Positions 51,419-64,000 of a stretch of 64,000 nucleotides of DNA are shown here, piece by piece. The DNA comes from Marsupella aquatica. Lineage: Eukaryota; Plantae; Marchantiophyta. The DNA is taken from assembly GCA_973895155.1 (NCBI GenBank), contig OZ316892.1, positions 22,483,168 through 22,547,167 on the forward strand. Reading direction: 5' to 3'. The first letter of the stretch is position 1; the number at the start of each line of letters is the position of its first letter. The position numbers were made by a program, and so were the translations under genes. The notes beneath the pieces were generated by a model, which did not search any database, was not told where the DNA came from, and worked only from the letters and a program-made list of their open reading frames with translations.

Positions 51419-52402
51419 TTAGCTTTTCTTGTTGTTCGCACCGCTCACTCCTGCGTAGTAGAGGTTTGTTGGACCTGTTCCCCTCTCACCTCGACCCCGC
51501 TCGCCACCCAAAGCTCTCTGCCGGGCTCTGGTCATGTAGCCATTCGGGCCGGCCGGTTCCTCAGGAAAGTTTGCGTTCTTGTCCACCAGCTCAAACTCAT
51601 CATCCTCTTCGGACATCGAAGCTCTCGACCGTGGGGCGCCAGGATATCCAGGAGGAGGTGGAGGAGGTTGTGCAGTGGACCGCAGATCATTCGGTCCTCC
51701 TGAAGGGCCTGAGCGGGCTAGCACTGACGGATAACCTGGCGGAGGAGCTGGATAAGTTCCTGAGGGAGGAGCTTGTGTGTAGCCCGAGAGATCTAGGTCG
51801 GGATAGCCCGGCGGAGGAGCAGGATAGCCCGGGGGAGGAGCTGGAGCAGAAGGTTGACGAGCCCCAGACCCAGCAGCTGCTTGCAAACGAGGAGCAGGAG
51901 GCAACCGAGGCGGGTAACCGTTGTTGGCCCGAGGAGGAGTGGGATAATTGACCCTTCCAGAAGATTGAGAAGCGAGAAACTGGAACAGCTCTAAGAACCT
52001 GGCCTGGAAAAAGGTAGAGCCGCGCTGCCAATACACAGCCAGAATTTCCCCAGCCCTCGTTCTCAAGTCGCCCAAATTCCCATCAATTTCATGCTCATAC
52101 TGGGCCACAAAGGGCCTCACGAACGTAGCGTACACGTAAGTTGTCCCCCTCGTCTTGGGGTACCAAAGATACACGATGAAGGCCAGCTTTGCCTCGCTGT
52201 AGAGAGGGAGCCATGAGATGAGTGCATCCCCCCCAACCCTTTCCAGAACTGTCACTATTGATATTATCATCCAGTACTCACACCAAAATCGAAGACTATC
52301 CGGATCCGGGCGGTTCTTCTCCACGCACTTGAAGCATTCATAGGCAGGGTAGAGGTACCCTAACACCAGGGTCATGCCCCGGGTGAGAAGTGACCCAATC
52401 AT
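51419..52402 (-). CDS. HVA22-like protein (TB2/DP1 family) with Pro-rich C-terminal tail; coding region intronless
   Basis: MIGSLLTRG..LVLGYLYPAYECFKCVEKN, LRFWCEYWMI, SWLPLYSEAKLAFIVYLWYPKTRGTTYVY match the HVA22-like g/h/i/j subgroup; PPPGYP repeats follow. Confidence 0.93.
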   Translation of the reverse strand: MIGSLLTRGMTLVLGYLYPAYECFKCVEKNRPDPDSLRFWCEYWMIISIVTVLERVGGDALISWLPLYSEAKLAFIVYLWYPKTRGTTYVYATFVRPFVAQYEHEIDGNLGDLRTRAGEILAVYWQRGSTFFQARFLELFQFLASQSSGRVNYPTPPRANNGYPPRLPPAPRLQAAAGSGARQPSAPAPPPGYPAPPPGYPDLDLSGYTQAPPSGTYPAPPPGYPSVLARSGPSGGPNDLRSTAQPPPPPPGYPGAPRSRASMSEEDDEFELVDKNANFPEEPAGPNGYMTRARQRALGGERGRGERGTGPTNLYYAGVSGANNKKS

Positions 52403-53739
52403 CCTGAATTAGTGACGATAACTATCGATCCTCCTCTGTGTGCTGATTTGATTGTCTCTCTCTCGCTCTGAGAGGAGAGCAAATCAGATTTACTTCTCCA
52501 CAAACCTTCTGAAGTTGCATTTGCATGCACTGTGCTCACAACCTGCTATTGCCAATATCGTGCACCGATTGCTAAAAGACTCAACGACCATCATCACATC
52601 TCCAATTGCAACATGTCCCCCACTCCGCTACAGCTCTTCAGTTTTCTAGCTCGAGAAGTAATTCACAATTCACAAATACCCTGCTTTGTCTAATCTCGCA
52701 GAAACCCACGAGAAAGACTCTCCAGTCTGATCCATTATCCTTCTTGACCCACGCCCAGCGGGCACTCAATGAAAGCTATCAATTCCCTGCCCAAGTGCGC
52801 AAAACAGAGCAGCATCGGACTTTCAAGCCCCAAACATGCACGAAACACCTGGCCAGAACAACCACTAACTCGTTCATCTGCCCAAAGTACTACAGTAGCG
52901 GCCTGCCGATGCTGATACTCTTCAAGACAGTGTTTTCCTTGCCCCTCCTCTCCGAAGTCTGATCAAATGTTATTATTAGTCAGTCACTCCCTCCTCTCCT
53001 CCTCTCCACCTCCGCCGCCTTTTAAACGGTCATGTGTACAGTCGGCACGCGCGACCGCACTTCCGCACAGAAAACCCGCCTTCGCTAACGGTCTTCCTGG
53101 CCTAGTAGTGAGATACGTGCACTGCTACTACTACTACGGTAGTTCCGAGCGACCCTGTAAAGAAAAGTCTGTCTCTCACCAAGTGAACCTCCCGTGGAAT
53201 CCGCCGTCGCTTCCCCGGTCTGTTTCGATTAGGGGGGAATGGGTAGGCAGGCGACGAAGAAGAGAGGGAAAGGGGGCGATTTCTCAAGGGATTGGGCCGA
53301 CACGAAGAATTGGTCAGGGAGTTGTTGTCTCTCCTGGTGAGCTAAAAGCTACGGTATAGTGCTACGGTATTGATTAACAAATTGCTGTATGCTGCGATTG
53401 CTCTACATGGATGTTGTTCATGGAATTTTCAAAGCGGAAAACAAGAATTAGTCAGGTCAGTCTGGACATACTTGCACATTAGGCGAGAAGAATTTGACCA
53501 ATGCAAGGGCCAACGAAGAAGAAACACGAATGCCTCAGTCTACACGCGCTCTATGGCCCTTCTGACACAGCAAAAACACGTGAGAAACAGTTCTCTACGC
53601 GCCTCATTCTCATTCTCCCTTTTGTCTTTTTCAATGAAAACTCCCAATCAAACGGCACAACATGGCGTGAGTAGCTCGCATTCCTCCGTTCGGACTAGCC
53701 TGATTAGGAACCGTGAACCCAATCACCTTCCTCATTCTA

Positions 53740-53980
53740 CTTATTCTTTGGATCACCCAAAACTGAGATTCCCGTTGTCCTTTTCTGGAAATGGGTGAGT
53801 GAGAGTGAGGAACACCTTTCTTCTTATTCTTTCGAGCATCCAAATTGAGGTTCCCGTTGTAAGTCCTGGGAAATGGGTGAGTGAGATAGACCTTTCTTCT
53901 TGACCTTTCTTCTTATTCTTTCGGGCATCCAGATTGAGATTCCCCTTGTAAGTCCTGGGAACAGGGTGAGTGAGTGAGGG
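53740..53980. repeat. Three degenerate ~80-90-bp tandem units
   Basis: ttattcttt...catcca.attgag.ttccc.ttgt..tcctggga..gggtgagtgag occurs three times. Confidence 0.8.
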
Positions 53981-55429
53981 AGTCAGGAAGTTCAGATCCC
54001 CCAGCGTTCTTCTCTTGTTTGCCAAAGTGGAAAGTGATTGCTGGAACGTGAGGTGAGGTCCACAATCCAAAAGCCCAGTGTCAATATCGTTCAGGACGGT
54101 CCGACTCTGTAAAGGTCAACGACACCAGTCCCCAGAAGCGGTCAATGTTCCCAATATCCATCGTGCTGTCGTCAAAGCAGTGACGATACAAGCTATTCTG
54201 AGACATACGAAGCTTGGTACTAGTTCCTTATAGATTTAATTTTCTTTTGCTGCCTGTCAATCTATTTCTAAAAAGACGGTGTTGCATTCAAGCAGGAAAT
54301 TTGGGAGAGAAGATTCTTAAAATCAAGAAGAATTTTTTTTCTCAGATCTGTTAGCAAGTGTGGCAACATGAACAAGGGAGTGACACTCTGCCGCCAAATT
54401 AAAAATCTGACCAAACCATGCTAACCAAAATTTCAGCCTTTCACCCCAGTGAATGTGATTAGTGCAGGGATCCTTCGTGATTTCCTCCTAACACTGTAGA
54501 GACAGACCAGGAAAGTTCTCAGTCCTTTCTCATTTCGCAAAACGGAGAAACTGTTGGGCAAAATTGTTGTCAAGGGTTCTCAAAAGCCTTCTGAATGTGA
54601 GCAAGTGGATCTCTTAAAAAATGGTCATTGTCCCTATCATCGTTTGCGTTTACACTGAACCATAACAATGGCGAAAGCACATCACTTTCAAAACCACCCA
54701 CTAGAAGCAAATGTGAAATTAACTGTGCGCGAAAAGCAAGGGAGTAACGATTCCACGCCAACTTCTGGCCAAACGACGGCAACCAAACATTTGTCCTAAG
54801 ATAAAAATTTGTGGAGCAATTCATGGTGATTTCCTCCTGGTGGGCCCGGACTAGGTATGGCTCGCAATCTGTTCTCATCTTTCTAACGCGTTGTTATCAA
54901 GGTCTTCTGCATTGTCTTGCAAAGTAATTCCAACTTGACCAAGAAAGAGAGGCTCAGCGGTCCCGACCGCCCAGTTAGAGTGGTGGGCAATCCTCGGAGG
55001 ATTTTCGAACGAATAATTGAAGACATTCATTTAGGGCACGAATTTCTACTCACCGGGGAAATGGGCAAAGGGCGGAGCAAAGAGGGATGTCTTTGGTTAG
55101 GATTCCGTAAGAGATTCGAGTAAGAACGTATGAAAACAAACTACACAGGCATGCCTGAAGTGCTTCAAACAAAGACTTCACCTCGTTAGATGGGTACCTT
55201 GCAAATGACTGTTCCACTATGGGAAATTTGTACATTCCTGTGTGCCCGTTACAATCAAGGAAGAAACTCGGAGGACCGGAAAAGTTTCCCCTGAACTAAT
55301 GATGACTCTTGTGCATGAGCAACCTGGCAATGTTCTGAACATCGTCTGCCACGATCCTTTCCATTTAGCTTCTCTTCTCTACAGAAGCAGCGCGAAAGGT
55401 GAAATTCTCTTTCAAGCGGAGAATATGGC

Positions 55430-59494
<4,065 letters not shown>

Positions 59495-59729
59495 TACCAC
59501 AACATCAAATCAATCCACCTTCACAATTCTCACACAGAGCCACGCCAGCTCCCTAGAACCTCCCTAGAAGCTCCTTCCACTCTGTGAATTCTCTCCTGTT
59601 GCAATCTCTCCTAAAACCCCACCAACGACAGAATCACAATTATGTTCTTCTGTCTATCGAAAACCTTTCAGTCGACGGCAACTCACTGATCCACACCAAT
59701 CTTTGTAATACCAGTACAAATGTCCTATC

Positions 59730-59734
<5 letters not shown>

Positions 59735-59782
<48 letters not shown>
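59735..59782. repeat. (TC)n/(GA)n microsatellite upstream of GET3B
   Basis: Direct reading. Confidence 0.95.
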
Positions 59783-59785
<3 letters not shown>

Positions 59786-61698
59786 CGAGCCCTTTCTGCC
59801 ACCACCACAGCGAGGATGACAATTATCCTCCGTTGTATGCTGAAATCCTTGACAGAAAACGTCCAGTGTATCCGTGCCGAGCCCCACCTATCTTAATCTT
59901 CGAAATATCCTCAGCCTCTCTGTCTCTCTCGCTCGCCCACATCATCACAACTCCCAACTCTCAAGCGAGTCCTTTCTTCCACGAACGGCAACTCCAAAAC
60001 AGTGTTGTAGCATCCCGCCCACCTTTTCGTATAAGGACCGCTTTGGCGCGGAGAGCATGGCTTTCGTTCTTGTAATGAGGGCAGAGGTTCTTGTGCAGAG
60101 TCGTAAAGTTCTTTGATTGAGAGTGGAGTTACTGTAACGAGGTTCAATTGTATGGTCCACGTGTTCGCTTCTTTGGTTACGGTGCTTGTAACTGAAGCTG
60201 ACGTTTACTCTTGTGGGTCTGGCAGTGTAGTACTCACTTGGTTAGAGATTTGTTTTTGCCTTGAAACCAAAAGATAGACTTAGTTTCTATTTTGGAGCAT
60301 GCACCACTGTAAGGTAGCCCCTAGCCCATAAGGGGGCACCATATTTAGGAATCTGATAGGGACCCGGACCAGGAAGGAGAGAGGGTTGGACTAGGGCCTC
60401 AAAGTGACCAGCCAGAGGCTGAGGAGAAACCAATACTCTCACCATTGCACCACACATATACACTCATACCCTCCACACCCCTTGCGTGTGGAGGGGGCAT
60501 TGAACCTTGGACCTCTCGGTTCTATGTTACTCCCCAGGCCAATGACCAAAGCCAGATGCTTACTTGGTAGGGATTTCAAATTGCAAAACGTAAACACCTC
60601 AAATTGCACTTCTTCCAAGTATGGACATTGGGTTTATTTATCTCAGTTGCAAGAGGAAAATTTTCTTGTTGATGATGAGACTGGTGCGTTAATTTTGGAA
60701 TAAGAAGAATTTTCTTCATTTCATGAGACAAGTGCTTCAAAGGAGTAGCATGAGTGGAATGCTGCAAAAAGAGATCCAATCACTAAAGGACAATAAAACT
60801 TGAGAGGTTGTTGAGCTGTCTGAGGGTAAGCAAGTGTATTTAAGAGCTGAAGGATTAGTCCACTTATGATTTGTGATTTAAGGTTTGAGGGCATAACCCC
60901 ACGGCTCACCCCACGGGTGAGGCCACGAAACCCTGTGCCAGCTTGGCTTGGGGAACCCAAATTTGAATGTTTCAAAAATTCACTTGGGGGCTTATGTTCA
61001 TATCCCATCCCCAAGATGGGTTACCCTGCTTGTAAACCCCAATTGGGAATTTTTGTTTGTTATTCTATAAGGTTTTGAGGTATCACTCAGTGGGTGAGTC
61101 ATTGGAACCCTTAGTATGGTAGCCTGGCCAAGGGATTTTCAAATTTGAATAAGAATACAGGACACAATATCTGGTAAGGCACAAGTAGCAAACACTAGGA
61201 GACAACTTTTCACTTCACTTGGGGCTTGCCCTTGGTAGCTCATCCCCACTTGGGACTAATGGACTCCTAACCTCATGGGGCTCACTTTCAAGGATTACAT
61301 CCCATCCTCTTGGGGATGTGTTCTACATGAAAACCCTTGTTTGGAGTGACATGTAACCCATCCCCAAGAGTGGGTAATGGGATGTAAACCTAGAGGTTGC
61401 TGAGCCCGAGGATGTTACAGCCATTATCCCCATGTGGAATGAATTACCAAACGTAAAGCCCAAGTGCATTTTTGAACCATTCACTTCATTTTTACATTGC
61501 AAAACTATCATCTATCAGAGTCTACGACTTGCACTTTATTCTGTTTGACATTCAAATTTTAGAATCTCCAGGCCAGGCTGACATAGGGGTTCCATGGCCT
61601 CACCCCGGGGGTTTCATTCAAATTTGAGAGTCCCAGGCCAGGCAGGCAGAGGGGTCCCGTGGCCTTACCCAAGAAAAAAATTCACATGGGGTTTATGG

Positions 61699-61922
61699 TT
61701 GGCCAATGAACCCACCCTGAACCCCTCCAAGCCCCTAAACCCCAAGAGTGAGGATTGGCCAATGAACTCACCCTGACATGAACACCTCCAAGCCCCTAAA
61801 CCCCAGAGTGAGGAGGATTGGCCAATGAACCCAAACTGAACCCATCCCAGCCCCTAAACCCCAGAGTGAGGAGGATTGGCCAATGAACCCAAACTGAACC
61901 CATCCCAGCCCCTAAACCCCCC
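61699..61922. repeat. Four ~56-63-bp tandem units immediately upstream of SmD2
   Basis: ttggccaatgaac...agcccctaaacccc at 61699, 61755, 61818 and 61876. Confidence 0.92.
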
Positions 61923-62141
61923 ACTGGACCGTGAAATTGTTTGCAAACGAAGTTCGAGTGAAGAAGGAAAAGGATCAGAAAGAGATATTACAGTAGTGCA
62001 GTGCAGTAATAATTTTAGGAGGACGGCGTTCGAGAGTCCGAGTTCGAGTTCGAGTGTATTGTCTACGGGACCCATTGGCACACCCACCACATTGGCGACC
62101 ACATCTCCGGAGGCAGGAAGGAAAGAATTCTGTTGGCCACG

Positions 62142-63380
62142 ATGAGGTCAGTAGCACCCTCTTCATGTTCTAGAGTCCGAATTGCCTGTCGAGTGCTTCG
62201 TTTTTGGAGAATAATTCATTGTGGGGACTTTTCGCTGTGGAGGTTTCTGTGCATTTCTTGCTTTCTTCTTCTTCGTCTTCTCGTTGCGGCTCTCTGACTT
62301 TTTGGTGGGTTTTGCTGTTGTTGTCCTTCTTCTTGCAGCGCCAGACCTATGGACGTCGAGGAGACAGTACGTGGTTCGGAACTTGCGCCTGCTCGTGCTG
62401 TGTTTTGGGGTTTTGATGTTGGTTCCGTTCCGTTTAGGATTATGCGTCTTTTTAGGGTTGGAGGAGGTTGTGGCTTGTGTTTCGCCCGACTGGATAGCTG
62501 CTTTTTGGCTTCACTTTGTTCGAATTGGAATGCTTTTATGAGGGTGCACGGATTGCTTTATCAGTGCCGAGATAGTGCAACGATAGCTGTAAAGTGAGAG
62601 TTCCAACTCGAAGGAAGTGGAAGCCAAAAAGCAACTCTTCTCCTGTTGTGGTGGACTTGTCAAATGCTCTGCGGCCTTGTAACGAATGTTTCTGTACATG
62701 AAACATGAAGGTTTTTGATGTAATGGTTTGACTGATCTCATCTTATGCGTGCATCAGGAGAAGACAGAGGAGGAGGAGTTCTCCACTGGACCCCTCTCGG
62801 TATTGACGATGTCCGTCAAGAACAATACGCAGGTAACCCTTGCTTGTCTATCTTTGCAATGGATTATCTCTGCAATTAATGTGTTGAAAGCGGGAGAAAT
62901 GATGCTTTTGCTAGATTGCGAACGTACATTGTTGGTTTATTTCTCTCTTTCGTGAAGTAGCTGCACACATTTGTGTACTATTCCTGATTCGCCACCGTTT
63001 GGACAGGTTCTCATTAATTGTAGGAACAACAAGAAACTGCTAGGCCGAGTAAAAGCTTTTGATCGGCATTGCAACATGGTCTTGGAGAACGTCAAAGAAA
63101 TGTGGACTGAGGTAAGTATTTGTCTCGTCTTCGTATCACATCTGAGTGGCAAATCCATCTCCATTTACTTTTGACTCAGCGATATGTTTGATTTGATTAA
63201 GTGTTTAAACTTCTTGAGCTGGGGTTGCATTATGTATCATTAAGCTTTTTTTCTTCTGTGCAGGTTCCTAAGACGGGGAAGGGGAAGAAGAAAGCCAAGC
63301 CTGTCAACAAAGATCGGTTTATCAGCAAGATGTTTCTCAGAGGCGATTCAGTCATCATTGTGCTCAGAAATCCTAAGTGA
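62142..63380 (+). CDS. SmD2: Small nuclear ribonucleoprotein Sm D2, 5 exons: 62142-62146, 62339-62366, 62758-62832, 63007-63111, 63264-63380
   Basis: Spliced product [109 protein letters not shown]; canonical GT-AG introns. Confidence 0.96.
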
Positions 63381-64000
63381 TGGTTCCAAGTTGGTAGACG
63401 GTTTTGGGAGAGCAGTTCTCTACCTGGGAAAATTTGATCTAGAGAATACGAAGCTCAAAAGGAAGCTACATTGCAGAGCTGAGACACATCCCACATGGTT
63501 TGTTCTTGTCACGATTCTCCGAATCCTAATTTTGTAGGAAATGTACTTCGCTTACTATGTGCAAAGTCTTTACAATACGGTTGTTGTGCTCTACTTAGTG
63601 AGGTATCTGACCGCTTGTAGCGAAGAAGCTGGATGAGTGCGTGTCGACACCAAGTGTGAATTGGCTTTCTTACAATGTACAGATGCAACGGTAGGGAGAT
63701 GAATAGTTTTTTCCCATCCATCAAAGCATCCATGGTTCACCTCCGTTTTACGAAGGTATGGAAATCAATCTTGTATTTGTACTTGAATTTTGCGGGTACC
63801 ACAGTATTGATCAAATTGGATTTTGTGATGATATTCTAAAAACTCATTTGTACTAGCAGAGCCTTGAAATAAGTTTTTGGAAACTTCAGCCTGGTCTCAA
63901 CAATTGAGAAAGCATCTGCGTGAAGGTTCTCGAATACGCGTATATCATGTACACCTCTGCCTTGCTATGGAGCATGATCTCAGGGAATGGATCAACGTAG

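Noticed and set aside
51134-52031. Long ORFs antisense to or overlapping the HVA22-like gene
   Set aside because: Shadow ORFs of a GC-rich repetitive CDS.

Overview
Eukaryotic land-plant nuclear DNA (spliceosomal introns, plant gene families; the style suggests a bryophyte such as a liverwort, which is inference). Recognisable genes: an intronless F-box/Kelch gene (-), an intronless frameshifted histone H1 copy (+), APE1L AP endonuclease (-, 9 exons, one frameshift next to the catalytic motif), an intronless HVA22-like gene (-), plastid-type GET3/ArsA ATPase (-, 11 exons) and SmD2 (+, 5 exons). The first ~40 kb is mostly degenerate repeats: Helitron-like ends, tandem arrays and hairpins. The most striking observation lies below the ORF-track cutoff: two convergent micro-ORFs about 8 kb apart encode homologous acidic peptides, MDPNDLFTDDDSPAWLTASQGDDC (20873-20947 +) and MDPNSVFYADDAPAWLTASNGDDDDC (29137-29217 -). 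They are 18/24 identical, with six synonymous changes and largely unrelated flanks, which points to a micropeptide family under purifying selection that I do not recognise. Also notable: a TE-like insertion carrying a calmodulin-like EF-hand fragment, a perfect 40-bp hairpin and two GC-AG introns. All alignments were done by eye.
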